This document shows, one piece after another, positions 54,350-64,000 of a stretch of 64,000 bases of DNA. The stretch lies in IMG/VR virus record IMGVR_UViG_2675903060_000001, positions 1 through 64,000 of that record. One strand, 5' to 3'. The stretch is from a virus (Duplodnaviria; Caudoviricetes). The notes under the pieces were generated by a model. It ran no database searches. It was given only the letters and a program-made list of their open reading frames with translations, and was not told where the DNA came from. The stretch's first letter is position 1. Each line of letters starts with the position of its first letter. The position numbers and the translations under genes were made by a program.

Positions 54350-56596
54350 GTGGCCGTCGTGAACGTCGGCGAGCTGTTCGCCAGGCTCCGGCTGAAGGAC
54401 CACCTCACCAGCGCGCTCGGCCGCGCCATCGGCTTCTTCCGGGCCAAGGCCGCCGAGTTCCGCGCGCACGCCGGCTCCATCGCTGCCGGGTCGGTGCAGA
54501 TGGGTGCCCGGCTGGCGGCGACCGCCGTGGCCGGTGCGACCGCCGCCGCCGGCCTGGCCGCCGCGGCGCAGGGCGCGCTCGGCCTGATCGCGGCGCTCGC
54601 GCCCGCCGCCGGGATCGTGGCCGCGCTGCCCGGCGCGCTCGCGCTCGGCGCCGGAGCGCTGGCCACACTCAAGATCGCGCTGTCCGGGGTCGGCGACGCC
54701 TTCTCGGCGGCGCTCGCCGACGACCCGAAGAAGTTCGCCGAGTCCCTGGCCGGGCTGTCACCGGCCGCGCGGGCGGCGGCGATGGAGCTGCGCGCGGCCA
54801 AGCCCGCGATCGACGCCCTCAAGAGCAGCGTCCAGGAGGCGTTCTTCGCCCCGCTGGCCGGCCAGATCGCCGCCGTGGCGGCGGCGCTGTCGGGTCCGCT
54901 CAGGTCCGGCATGTCCGGCGTCGCCTCGCAGATGGGGCTCGGCGCGGCCGAGGTGGCGCGGTTCGCCTCGTCCGGGCAGACCGTCGCCGCCCTGTCTTCG
55001 ATCTTCGCGTCGCTACGGTCCGCCGTGGCGGCGACGCTGCCCGCGATCCAGCCGGTCCTGGCCGGGTTCCGGGACCTGGCCGTCGTCGGCGCCGGCTTCT
55101 CGGCCGGGCTCGCGCCGGGGATCGCCGCGGCGGCGGCCCGGTTCGGCGAGTTCCTGTCGCAGGCCGCCGCCAGCGGCAAGGCGCTCGCCTGGATGCAGGG
55201 CGCCGTCGCGGTGTTCCAGCAGCTCGGCCAGATCGCCGGGAACCTGATCGGGATCGTCCGAGGGGTCTTCTCGGCGATGCAGACCGGCGGGTCCGGCGCG
55301 CTCGGCGTGCTCGGCCAACTCCTCGGCCAGCTAAACCAGTTCGTCAACAGTGCGCAGGGCCAGCAGATCCTTGTCACGATCTTCCAGTCGCTCGCCCAGG
55401 TCGGCGGCGTGCTGATGCCGATCTTCACGGCGCTCGGGGGTGCGCTGGCGCTGGTCGCGCCGCACGTGGCCGCCATCGCGGTCGCCCTCGGCCCTGGGCT
55501 CGCCGCCGCTGTCGGTGCGCTCGGTCCTGCGCTGGCCGCGCTCGGTCCAGGGCTGACGCTCGTGGCGCAGATGCTGTCGCAGGCGTTCGCGAACCCGGCG
55601 ATGCAGGCGGGGTTGCTCGCGCTCGGTCAGGGGATCTCGGCGGTGCTCGCTGCGGCGGCTCCACTCCTGCCGGTGGTGGGTCAGCTCGCCGGGATTCTGG
55701 GTCAACTTCTGGGCGCGGCGCTGGCGAATCTGGCGGCGCTGCTCGCCCCCGTGATTTCGGCGCTTTCGTCCAGTTTGCAGCCACTTCTTCCGGTTTTGTC
55801 GAGCGCGATCACGGATCTGGCGGCGGCCACGGCCCCACTCGCCGCTCAAATCGGACAAGTGCTAGCAATAGCCATCAAAACGGTGCTTCCGCCCCTGGTG
55901 CAGCTCGCGGTGGATCTGCTCCCGCCCCTGGTGGAGCTGACGAAGCAACTGATCCCGCTGATCACCTCCTGGGTGAGCAGCATGTCCTCCATCCTGGGCG
56001 TGATTCAGCCGATCGTCCCACCATTGGTGCAGATCGCGACGTCGCTCCTGCCCTTCTGGATCAAGATCATCACGGCCCTGGTGAAACTGATCAACGGCGA
56101 CTTCAAGGGTGCCTTCCAATCGATCATGTCGGCCATCAAGGGCTTCGGCGACACGATCATGAACGCCGGGAAAGCCCTGATGGACGGCCTCTGGAACGGC
56201 ATCGTCGCCGCCGGAAACCAGATCAAATCCAAGATCGTCGGCTTCCTCCGGTCCATCCTCCCGCAGCCCGTGCTCGACTTCCTCGGCATCCACTCGCCGT
56301 CGAAGCTGTTCGCCAAGATGGGCCGCGAGGTACCCGCCGGACTCGCCCTCGGCATCACCCAGGCCGGAGGACTGGTGCGCACCGCCGTGCAGCGCATGGC
56401 CGGGATCGTCGCCGGCGCGGGCATCCCCGACATGCAGATGCCGGGCCTGGCCGTGCCGGGCGGAGCGGCCGGGACGGGCCTCGGCGGAGCGTCGCGCGTC
56501 GTCGTGCACCAGACGAACTACTACCCGCAAGCCGAACCGACCTCGGCCAGCGTGAACCGCGGGCTTCAGCTCACGAGCGCCTTGGGGGTGATCTAG
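54350..56596 (+). CDS. Tape measure protein
   Basis: VGEL.A.L start, Ala/Gly/Leu helical repeats, LGIHSPSKLF. Confidence 0.93.
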   Translation: MAVVNVGELFARLRLKDHLTSALGRAIGFFRAKAAEFRAHAGSIAAGSVQMGARLAATAVAGATAAAGLAAAAQGALGLIAALAPAAGIVAALPGALALGAGALATLKIALSGVGDAFSAALADDPKKFAESLAGLSPAARAAAMELRAAKPAIDALKSSVQEAFFAPLAGQIAAVAAALSGPLRSGMSGVASQMGLGAAEVARFASSGQTVAALSSIFASLRSAVAATLPAIQPVLAGFRDLAVVGAGFSAGLAPGIAAAAARFGEFLSQAAASGKALAWMQGAVAVFQQLGQIAGNLIGIVRGVFSAMQTGGSGALGVLGQLLGQLNQFVNSAQGQQILVTIFQSLAQVGGVLMPIFTALGGALALVAPHVAAIAVALGPGLAAAVGALGPALAALGPGLTLVAQMLSQAFANPAMQAGLLALGQGISAVLAAAAPLLPVVGQLAGILGQLLGAALANLAALLAPVISALSSSLQPLLPVLSSAITDLAAATAPLAAQIGQVLAIAIKTVLPPLVQLAVDLLPPLVELTKQLIPLITSWVSSMSSILGVIQPIVPPLVQIATSLLPFWIKIITALVKLINGDFKGAFQSIMSAIKGFGDTIMNAGKALMDGLWNGIVAAGNQIKSKIVGFLRSILPQPVLDFLGIHSPSKLFAKMGREVPAGLALGITQAGGLVRTAVQRMAGIVAGAGIPDMQMPGLAVPGGAAGTGLGGASRVVVHQTNYYPQAEPTSASVNRGLQLTSALGVI

Positions 56597-57477
56597 TGCC
56601 GTCGTACACGCTGGACGGCGTGCCGCTCGACCACCCGGCCGGCTGCTGGAAGCTGAAGAAGGGCACCCAGCGCAGGCCGCTCCCCGGCGCGCGGGCCGTG
56701 CGCGTCTCCGTGCCCGGCCGCGCCGGTGAATTGCCCATCACGGGCCTCGACCACGAGATCACGTCGTTCTCTCTGGTGTTCACCGTGACGGGCGCGACCC
56801 CGACCGGCGGCGACGGCGGCTTTGCCCAGCTCGAAACCAACCTGGAAGCGTTGGCGGCGATGCTCGGCGTCCGGCACCGGCTCATGAGCCTCCGCTACCA
56901 GGCCGGGGCGATCGTGCGGGTGGCCGACGTGACCGTGGTTGCCGCCAGCGAGCCCGAGCTGCGGGTCGGTGCGGCCCGCGCCAGACTGACCGCCGTGGTC
57001 GAGGTGCCCGGCGTTTACTGGCGCGACGAAACCACCGCCACCTGGCAGGGGGCGGCGAACACCGCCGACCAGCCGATCGCGACCCTCGCCGGGAGCACCG
57101 CGCCCGTCACCGACGCTCTGATCCGCGTCACGGGGCCGGCCACGAACATCACCGTGCGGGACGTGGCCACGCAGGGCGCGGTGGGTCTGCTCGCTGCCGG
57201 GGCGAACTCCATCACGGCTTCGGAGCGGCTGCTGATCGACGCCGCCGCCATGCGCGCCGCCATCGTCACCACCGACACCTGGGACCTCGCCGGAGGCACG
57301 GACCGGACGGGCGTGATCAGCGTGTTCGGGCCGGGATCGGCGTCGCGATGGATACACCTGACCCCGGCGATGGCCGTGGGCGATCCGTTCTCCCGCGCGG
57401 TGCTCATCTCGTGCACGGCGACCGGAACCACCGCGGCGTCGAAGCTCGAAGTTCGCGCCCGACGCTCTTATCTCTGA
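56596..57477 (+). CDS. Distal tail protein (Dit)
   Basis: Follows the TMP; VPGRAG, GSTAPV.D..GP. Confidence 0.8.
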   Translation: MPSYTLDGVPLDHPAGCWKLKKGTQRRPLPGARAVRVSVPGRAGELPITGLDHEITSFSLVFTVTGATPTGGDGGFAQLETNLEALAAMLGVRHRLMSLRYQAGAIVRVADVTVVAASEPELRVGAARARLTAVVEVPGVYWRDETTATWQGAANTADQPIATLAGSTAPVTDALIRVTGPATNITVRDVATQGAVGLLAAGANSITASERLLIDAAAMRAAIVTTDTWDLAGGTDRTGVISVFGPGSASRWIHLTPAMAVGDPFSRAVLISCTATGTTAASKLEVRARRSYL

Positions 57478-57684
57478 GGAACAACAGCGCGAACGAGCCA
57501 AGAAATGGTGCGTTGGAAGGAACTTGGATGTGCGGGGCTCTGAACAAGCGAGGCAGCTACACAGTATGGTTTACGAGGGAGTGAGTCATGCATGATTCAT
57601 TCGCGGAGTTGTCGCGAGGCCCCGGCCACCGTGCCAATGGAGAGCCGAGGCCCCGCGTGGGGGCTCAGTCAGCCGCTGGTGCGG

Positions 57685-57798
57685 CTAGCTGAGCCCTCCT
57701 CTGTTGAGAGCCCAGTCGAGCAGGATGAGCAGCAGTTGCAGGAGCAACAGCCTGTCTTCGCCGTCTGGTTCTCTCGGGGAGCTGTGCAGCGAACTCAC
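57685..57798 (-). CDS. Candidate small hydrophobic peptide in a low-GC insert
   Basis: SSLHSSPREPDGEDRLLLLQLLLILLDWALNRGGLS; AGGAGGTGA Shine-Dalgarno; start codon ambiguous. Confidence 0.4.
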   Translation of the reverse strand: MSSLHSSPREPDGEDRLLLLQLLLILLDWALNRGGLS

Positions 57799-58175
57799 CT
57801 CCTGGACCGGATCAGGAACCTTGTGGGGTTGGCCCCGGTCCGCCGGCCGACCCAATTGGACGCCGACCGGCTAGTGAGATCGCTTGCTACCAGCTCCCTT
57901 GAATCGTAGTGACTTCGCCGCGAGTGCGGCGATCGTAGTAACGAGATTCCGGCGGTCATTTTGTCCGTTCTAATCGGACATGGCCTGCGTTCGTGGGCGT
58001 AATCCGCCCAAAAAAACTTTCGGACAAACAAGAACTGTAGGTAATTGATTCACTGCGGATGGTGAGAAACGGGGGTGTTTCCTGCGGAAACCCCTCCATT
58101 CCGGGACATATGCCAACCCCGCCCGAAATTCCTCGCAGCTTTTCTGAAATACGTTCCACCGGGTGAGGAGGGATC

Positions 58176-59330
58176 GTGCCCTTCGACCTCCGCCTCGTCG
58201 CCTACGCCCCGAACGGGGCGCGGCTGGGCATCCTCCCGCACCCGACGTCTCTCCAGGTGTCCTGGCCGCTCAACGACGTTCCAGCGCTCAAGTTCACCTA
58301 CAGTGCGCACGCCGTGGGCGCTCAACTGATCGCACAGCCGTGCGAGATCGGCGTGCAGTGGTCGGCGGATGGCACCACCTGGACGGAGAACGGCGACGGC
58401 CGGTTCCTCCTCCTCCGCCGCGAGGGCGACCAGCTCGACCCGTCCGGAGTGTGGCGGTTCGACTGCCCCTCCTACCTGTGGGTGCTGAAGAAGGCCGTCA
58501 CGTACGCGCACGCCTCCATCGCCCCCGTCAACGGCCAGCGCATGTACGGCAGCCCGACGCCGAACGCCACCGCCGGGTTCATCATGAACTCGCTCCTGAC
58601 CGAAGCGCAGGCGCGCGGCGCCCTGTTCAACTTCGGGTGGACGTTCACCGGCACCACCGACAGCGCCACCACCACCTGGAGCCAGACCTTCGGTCTCGGC
58701 ATCCCCCTCGGCACCGACGTGCTCTCGGTCCTGCTGACGCTCGTGGACGCCGGGCTCATCGACATCCGCATGACCGGCCCCCGCACTCTGTCCGCGTGGC
58801 GGCCCGGAACCGCGATCTTCCGCAACCTCACCACCGTCCCCGCCCCGGTCGAGCTCGCCGCCGGCCGCGACATCCGCGCCGCCCCCGACGTCGGCACGCT
58901 GGAGGACATGGCCAGCGCCGTGTACGTCGTCGGCGACGCCAGCTTCCGCATCGAGCGGACGAACATCGGCACCCCTCTGCCGTGGGGCCGGTGGGAGGTC
59001 GGCGTGCGCCAAGTCGGCGTGACCGAGACCAGCGCCGCGGCGCTCGTGGGCGACTCGCTGCTCGTGCGCGGCGCCGTCGAACGCACCCAGCGCACCCGCG
59101 AACTGTCGTTCACCGCCGCGCGGTGGCTGCCGCTGCGGGACTACCTGCCCGGCGACCTCATCTACGCGCCGGGCGAGGCCGGACAGCGCAAGGCGATGCG
59201 CGTCCGTCAGATCACGTTGACCCGGACCGACCGCGGGGTGGTCGGCGGGAACCTCGTCCTCGATGACCGGCTCGCCGACCTGGAGCTTCTGGTGCGCCGC
59301 CGGGTCGCGCTCCTTGCCCGTCGCCCCTGA
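58176..59330 (+). CDS. Baseplate hub/Tal-like minor tail protein (short paralog)
   Basis: Colinear similarity to the N-terminus of the next gene. Confidence 0.8.
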   Translation: MPFDLRLVAYAPNGARLGILPHPTSLQVSWPLNDVPALKFTYSAHAVGAQLIAQPCEIGVQWSADGTTWTENGDGRFLLLRREGDQLDPSGVWRFDCPSYLWVLKKAVTYAHASIAPVNGQRMYGSPTPNATAGFIMNSLLTEAQARGALFNFGWTFTGTTDSATTTWSQTFGLGIPLGTDVLSVLLTLVDAGLIDIRMTGPRTLSAWRPGTAIFRNLTTVPAPVELAAGRDIRAAPDVGTLEDMASAVYVVGDASFRIERTNIGTPLPWGRWEVGVRQVGVTETSAAALVGDSLLVRGAVERTQRTRELSFTAARWLPLRDYLPGDLIYAPGEAGQRKAMRVRQITLTRTDRGVVGGNLVLDDRLADLELLVRRRVALLARRP

Positions 59331-59350
59331 GTGGAACTGAGAGGAGCACC

Positions 59351-62080
59351 GTGCAGGTCATCACGCCCGGACGTCCGGAGCCGTACGCGCTGCGGCTGAC
59401 CGCCTACGCCCCGAACGGCGCGCGGCTCGGGACGCTGCCGCACCACCTCGGGTTCGAGGCCGGGATACCGCTCAACGACGTGCCGAGCCTGCGACTCACC
59501 TACCCGGCGGCCGGCGCGGGCGCCGAGCTGCTGACCGCGCCAGTGGAGATCGCCGTCGAGGTGTCGGTCGGCGGCGGCCCGTGGCTGGAACCGAACGACG
59601 CCCGCTTCCTGCGGATCAAGCGGGGGAGCAACGCCACCGACGCCACCGGCGCGCGGAGCTACGACTGCCCCGGCTACGCGTGGATGCTGCGCAAGCTCGT
59701 GCTGCATCCAGGCCCGGTCATGGTCGAGGGCAAGCGGCCGTTCTCCGCCGTGTCGGCGGGGGCGATCCTTCGGACGTTCGTGGACGAGGGCCACGCGCGC
59801 GGCACGCTGCCCGGCCTCGCGGTGGCGTTCACCACCACGCACGACTCCGCCGGGCAGCCGTGGGACAAGACGCTGACGCTCCAGGTAGAGCCCGGCGCGG
59901 ACCTGCTCACTCTCCTGCTCAACCTCAGCGAACAGGGCGTGCTCGACTGGACGATGACCGGCCGCACCCTCCGCGCCTACAACGAAGGCACGATCCTGGG
60001 CGAAGACCTCGCCGCCGGGCACGCTCCGGTGGACCTGCGGCTCGGCCGCGACATCGACGACGCCCCCGCGACCGCAACTCTCGAGGATCTGGCGTCGGCG
60101 ATCCTCGTGCGCGGCGAGGCCGGGCTGAGCGTCGAGGTGACCAACCCCAGCGCGCCGCAGCCGTGGGGCCGGTGGGAGACCGCCCAGTCCCAGGGCGGCG
60201 TGGCCGACGAGGGGACGGCGATCCTCCTCGGCACCAACGCGCTCGCCCGCGCCGGCCGAGAGAGGACCCAGCTCACGCGCGGCATCCGCGTCGAGGCGGC
60301 GCGGTGGCTGCCGCTCGTGCACTACCGGCCCGGAGACCTGGTGCTCGCCCCCGGCGAGACCGGCGCGATGGAACCGGTCCGGGTCCGGCAGATCACCGTG
60401 TCCGTGGGCCAGGACGGCGGCATCGGCGGCAACCTCGTCCTGCACGACCGGTTCATCGAGCGGGAACTGCGGCTCGCCCGCCAGGCGGCGGGCATCCTCG
60501 CCGGCGGCGTCTCCTCCGGCGGGACGGGCGGCACTCCGGCGCCGGAGCCGTCCGGCCGCGTGGCGGCGGCCCCGGCCGGGCTCATCGTGGAACCGGCCGC
60601 GTACACCGACGAGCACGGGTTCGCCCGCGGTCAGATCACGGCCACCTGGACGCCGGTCACCGCTGACGTGAACGGCGTCGCCCTGGACGTGGACGGCTAC
60701 GAGCTGTACGCCCGCGTCAACGCGACCGGGCAGGTGTGGCGGCACATCGCCACCAGCGACGACACCACGGCGACGTACTCGCCGCTCGTCGTGGCCACCA
60801 CGTACGCATTCAAAGTCCGCGCCACCGCCGCGGGCACCAAGGGCGCGTTCGGGCCGGAGTTCGTGGTCCTGGTCCCGGACGACGTCACCCCGCCGCCCGT
60901 CCCCTCGACGCCGGTGCTCTCGACGCGGCTCGGCGTCATCGACGCCGCATGGAACGGCCTCGGGTCGTCAGGCGAGCCGATGCCGCCGGACTTCGAGCAC
61001 GTCCGGGTGCACATGGCGGCCGACGCCGAAGGCCCGTGGACAGTCGTGGATCACCTGCGGGCGGCCGGGTCCGCGCTCATCGCCGACCAGCCGTACAACA
61101 CGCCGCGCTGGTTCCGGCTGACGTCGGTGGACCGGCGCGGCAACACCTCGGCGCCCTCGGCCGCCGCCTCCATCGCGACGCAGCCGCTCGTCAACGGCGA
61201 CATCATCGGCGAGGTCATCGACGGCGCGAACATCGTGCCCGGCACGGTGAACGCGGCCGACGCCGTCATCGCCAACACGATCACCGGAGGGCTCATCCAG
61301 GCCCTCGCCATCGAGACCCCGCACCTCAAGGCCAACGCGGTCACGCTCGACAAGCTCGCCGCCGGGTCCGTGGACGCGACCCGGCTGACCGCGACCGCCA
61401 TCGACGGCAAGACCATCACCGGGGCGTTCATCCGCACCGCCGCGACCGGCCGGCGGCTGGAGTTCGCGCCGCCCGGCGCGACGTACCCGGAGATGCGGTT
61501 CATCCCGGCCAGTGCCGGGAGCAACTACACCCGGCTGAGGACGCGCGACGACCAGTGGCCCGGCGAGGCGACGTTCGAGATCACGAGCGGAACCAACTCG
61601 GGTGTGACCGCCGCGAGCCAGACCTCGATCGCGGCTGGGTTCATGCAGATGCAGGTCAGGGACTCGACCCTGTCGAATCCCAATGGTGGGCTCATGGAAC
61701 TGGCCGAGTCGTATGCCCGGTACGGCTACTTCCGCAGCGCCGACCGCGAGCAATACTTCTGGTTCGACAACTCCGGCCGCACCCGCCACGTCGGCAAGTG
61801 GTGGGACTTCACCGCACTCGGCCCCACCGCGGGCATCCTCGCCGGCTCCGTCACCTTCGCCTCGGCCGGGTCGGGCGCGAACATCCGCTTCCTGTCCTAC
61901 GGCGCGTCCATGGACGGCAACATGGGGCCCGTCGTCGTCATGCGGCGCGGCCTGTCCAGCCCGACCTCGCACACCCCGTCCGGGTCGTGGTACGTGACCG
62001 AGTCCCTCCAAACCGGCTTCCGGATCTCCACCAGCTTCCCGGACGGTTTCGCGATCTACTGGTGGGCTCACCGGCATTGA
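59351..62080 (+). CDS. Minor tail protein: hub + Fn3-like + fibre/receptor-binding region
   Basis: Hub domain, YAFKVRA and F.LTSVD..GN.S Fn3 motifs, A.AVT.DKL..GSV fibre repeats. Confidence 0.88.
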   Translation: MQVITPGRPEPYALRLTAYAPNGARLGTLPHHLGFEAGIPLNDVPSLRLTYPAAGAGAELLTAPVEIAVEVSVGGGPWLEPNDARFLRIKRGSNATDATGARSYDCPGYAWMLRKLVLHPGPVMVEGKRPFSAVSAGAILRTFVDEGHARGTLPGLAVAFTTTHDSAGQPWDKTLTLQVEPGADLLTLLLNLSEQGVLDWTMTGRTLRAYNEGTILGEDLAAGHAPVDLRLGRDIDDAPATATLEDLASAILVRGEAGLSVEVTNPSAPQPWGRWETAQSQGGVADEGTAILLGTNALARAGRERTQLTRGIRVEAARWLPLVHYRPGDLVLAPGETGAMEPVRVRQITVSVGQDGGIGGNLVLHDRFIERELRLARQAAGILAGGVSSGGTGGTPAPEPSGRVAAAPAGLIVEPAAYTDEHGFARGQITATWTPVTADVNGVALDVDGYELYARVNATGQVWRHIATSDDTTATYSPLVVATTYAFKVRATAAGTKGAFGPEFVVLVPDDVTPPPVPSTPVLSTRLGVIDAAWNGLGSSGEPMPPDFEHVRVHMAADAEGPWTVVDHLRAAGSALIADQPYNTPRWFRLTSVDRRGNTSAPSAAASIATQPLVNGDIIGEVIDGANIVPGTVNAADAVIANTITGGLIQALAIETPHLKANAVTLDKLAAGSVDATRLTATAIDGKTITGAFIRTAATGRRLEFAPPGATYPEMRFIPASAGSNYTRLRTRDDQWPGEATFEITSGTNSGVTAASQTSIAAGFMQMQVRDSTLSNPNGGLMELAESYARYGYFRSADREQYFWFDNSGRTRHVGKWWDFTALGPTAGILAGSVTFASAGSGANIRFLSYGASMDGNMGPVVVMRRGLSSPTSHTPSGSWYVTESLQTGFRISTSFPDGFAIYWWAHRH

Positions 62081-62128
62081 CCAGCCCATCCGCCGCACCC
62101 CCGACGCCGACATGAGAAGGACTCCGCG

Positions 62129-62824
62129 ATGCCCGAGCTGGTCGAGGTGTGGGACGCCGAGCTGTCCTACACGCACACGCCCCTGATGGACACGCCGGGG
62201 CCGGTCCCCGCGCACGCGGACGGCGCCGAACCGCTGTGGTGCGTCTACCAGTACGCGCCCGCGACGCAGATGGAGATCCACCACGCTCTGCCGCACACCC
62301 TGTTCGAGTGGCGGGCCGCGATGCACGGCATCGACCCCGACGACACCGCGACACTGCTCGACGTCGCGCTGCACGAGCCGTACCTGCCCGCCGCCGACGA
62401 CATGTTCGCGTCCGACGACCCGTCCGCCGCGTCGGTGCTCGCCGAGACGCGCGGCCTGCCGACGTGGCAGACACCGGGCGTGCCCGACGCTGACCGGCTC
62501 GCCGCGTGCCTGGCCCAGATCGAGGCGGTGAAGACGCACCGGGTGCGGCTGGAAGCGGCTCCGCTGACGGCCCGGCTCAAGGCGCTGGTGTACGTCGGCT
62601 CCGACCGCGCCCTGGCCGACGACCCGCTGGAGCCGGTCACGTCGCTGATGCGGCTCGACCCCGTCCGCGTGCAGGCCCGTCGCCAGGCGGTCGAATGGGT
62701 GAGAGCTGGCCGGGAAGCCGCTGCCGCGGCCGGGCGGGGCCTGATCGTGCCGACGTTCCACGGGCCGAAACCTGCCGGGACGTTCGTCGGGATGCAGCCC
62801 CGGCCAGGGGGGAGCAGCCTGTGA
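62129..62824 (+). CDS. Tail-associated hypothetical protein
   Basis: EWRAA..GID..LD..LHEP; GAAGGA RBS. Confidence 0.7.
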   Translation: MPELVEVWDAELSYTHTPLMDTPGPVPAHADGAEPLWCVYQYAPATQMEIHHALPHTLFEWRAAMHGIDPDDTATLLDVALHEPYLPAADDMFASDDPSAASVLAETRGLPTWQTPGVPDADRLAACLAQIEAVKTHRVRLEAAPLTARLKALVYVGSDRALADDPLEPVTSLMRLDPVRVQARRQAVEWVRAGREAAAAAGRGLIVPTFHGPKPAGTFVGMQPRPGGSSL

Positions 62825-63162
62825 GCGCCGACGACATGCCCAGCGTCGCCCTGTCGCTGGAGACACTGCGACGCCTGGTCGAAGTCGGCTTCGCCCAGGT
62901 CAACGGCCAGATCGCGTTGGTCCGGCAGGAGCTGGAGCAGGTGAACGCTCAGCACGCCAGCCTCGCGCAGCGCGTCGAGCAGGACAGGATGACCGCCGAC
63001 GTCCGCCACGCCGCGCTGGAGACCCGCCTGGACGCTCTCGAACGGGAGGCGGTGACGCGGTCCCAGCTCGCCGACCGCACCCGCCAGATCATCGCCGTCG
63101 TGACCGTGCTGCTGCTCGTCGCGGGCACCGTCATATCGCTGATCAGCCTGACCCGGAACTGA
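62821..63162 (+). CDS. Coiled-coil protein with C-terminal TM (lysis-region membrane protein)
   Basis: VEVGFAQVNG..IIAVVTVLLLVAGTVISLI. Confidence 0.7.
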   Translation: MSADDMPSVALSLETLRRLVEVGFAQVNGQIALVRQELEQVNAQHASLAQRVEQDRMTADVRHAALETRLDALEREAVTRSQLADRTRQIIAVVTVLLLVAGTVISLISLTRN

Positions 63163-63170
63163 GCCCCCTG

Positions 63171-63458
63171 TTGATCGTGTTCCCCGCGCGGGACGGCCTG
63201 CTCGTCGTGCCCGCTGTTCTGCCCATCCACGTCAGCGACGACGAGCTCAAGATGACCGTCGCCGACTGGCTCACCCACCGGGAGATCCCCATGTCCGACC
63301 CCTCCGCCGAGCCGATCGAGGTCCTGGACGGCCAGGACCCGCTTCCGCTGCCGCCGTTCGCCGGCGCGGGCGTGACCGCGCTCGACCCCGACCAGGACGC
63401 GCTCCCGCAGGAGCCCGGCAGCGCCATCGAGGAGGTGCCCGCCGATGACCACGCCTGA
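63171..63458 (+). CDS. Hypothetical protein
   Basis: ORF filling the gap; start uncertain. Confidence 0.45.
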   Translation: MIVFPARDGLLVVPAVLPIHVSDDELKMTVADWLTHREIPMSDPSAEPIEVLDGQDPLPLPPFAGAGVTALDPDQDALPQEPGSAIEEVPADDHA

Positions 63459-63717
63459 CCGGCCACCCATCACCGGAGACATCGTCCGCTACCGAGGCAA
63501 GCACGGTTTCCACGCGGTTCGCGCCGCCATCGTGACGGCCGACGTGGACACCCTCGATCCCGCCGGTGTGCGCGTTGGCACCGTGCCCGCGCTCGACAGC
63601 CCCGCACACGTCCACCTGCTGGTGTTCACCCCCGGCGCGCGCGGCTCGTTCTGGGAGTTCAACGTGCCGCCCGGCGACGAGCCCGGCACCTGGCACTGGC
63701 CGCCGGAGCGGTCATGA
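63445..63717 (+). CDS. Conserved phage hypothetical protein
   Basis: GDIVRY..AAIVT..VHLLVF..GTWHWP. Confidence 0.75.
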   Translation: MTTPDRPPITGDIVRYRGKHGFHAVRAAIVTADVDTLDPAGVRVGTVPALDSPAHVHLLVFTPGARGSFWEFNVPPGDEPGTWHWPPERS

Positions 63718-64000
63718 AGGTCACGGACCCCGTGGACCGGCTCCTGTCCGAGGCCCGCGCGCAGCTCGGCTACACCGAGAGCCCGACCGGCTGGACCGTG
63801 TTCGGGTCGTGGTGGGCCAAACGCCACGGCAAACCGTCGTCGTGGGCGCTGGAGCCGTGGTGCGACATGTTCGTCGCCTGGTGCGCGTACAAGGCCGGGC
63901 TGCTGCCCGTCGTCGGCGACCACGCCTGGACGGTCGGCCACGCGCAGTGGTTCAAAGCGCGCGGCCAATGGGGGCACACCCCGCGGCGGGGCGCGATCGT
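63714..64000 (+). CDS. Endolysin with N-terminal CHAP domain (truncated)
   Basis: A.AQLGY.E..FG.W..PWCDMFVAWC..WFK.RGQW..P.RG. Confidence 0.85.
   Translation, partial: MKVTDPVDRLLSEARAQLGYTESPTGWTVFGSWWAKRHGKPSSWALEPWCDMFVAWCAYKAGLLPVVGDHAWTVGHAQWFKARGQWGHTPRRGAI

Larger units (their letters stand above)
1..64000. mobile_element. Temperate siphovirus genome segment (prophage or phage-plasmid) of an actinomycete; both ends lie outside the window
   Basis: Terminase-portal-capsid-tail-lysin synteny, RecE/RecT, RuvC, WhiB, many overlapping small ORFs, no host core genes. Confidence 0.95.

Noticed and set aside
57592-57909. 105-aa + strand ORF in the tail insert
   Set aside because: Atypical composition with no recognisable motif; the overlapping minus-strand peptide has the stronger SD. 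Not fully excluded.
59351-62080. Diversity-generating retroelement acting on the tail fibre
   Set aside because: No reverse transcriptase or adenine-mismatched template repeat was seen in the window.

Overview
A continuous ~64 kb stretch of a high-GC actinomycete temperate siphovirus genome (prophage or phage-plasmid). No host housekeeping genes, integrase, rRNA, tRNA or CRISPR array are visible. Layout: (1) 1-2.6 kb small early genes (RHH-like, ASCH, stand-alone ClpX-type Zn finger). (2) 2.7-9.1 kb regulatory island: tandem GntR, two Xre-DUF5753 regulators, a CYP123-like cytochrome P450, a Methyltransf_19 SAM methyltransferase and a likely repressor. (3) 9.4-25 kb early/middle operon: YqaJ exonuclease, RecT, RuvC, WhiB, PAPS-reductase-like, MmcB-like, and an HTH initiator with an iteron/DnaA-box origin. 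(4) 25-40.8 kb accessory region: a type I TA-like RNA switch, an acidic micro-protein, Tad2/DUF2829, a serine resolvase with res site, an array of small genes with repeated junctions, and a ParB-N plus ABC-GNAT DNA-modification pair. (5) 40.8-64 kb virion and lysis genes from terminase to a truncated CHAP endolysin. A 20-bp palindrome (CGTTGGCGG-NN-CCGCCAACG) recurs about 13 times across the window. All product calls come from motif recognition by eye; no database searches were run.
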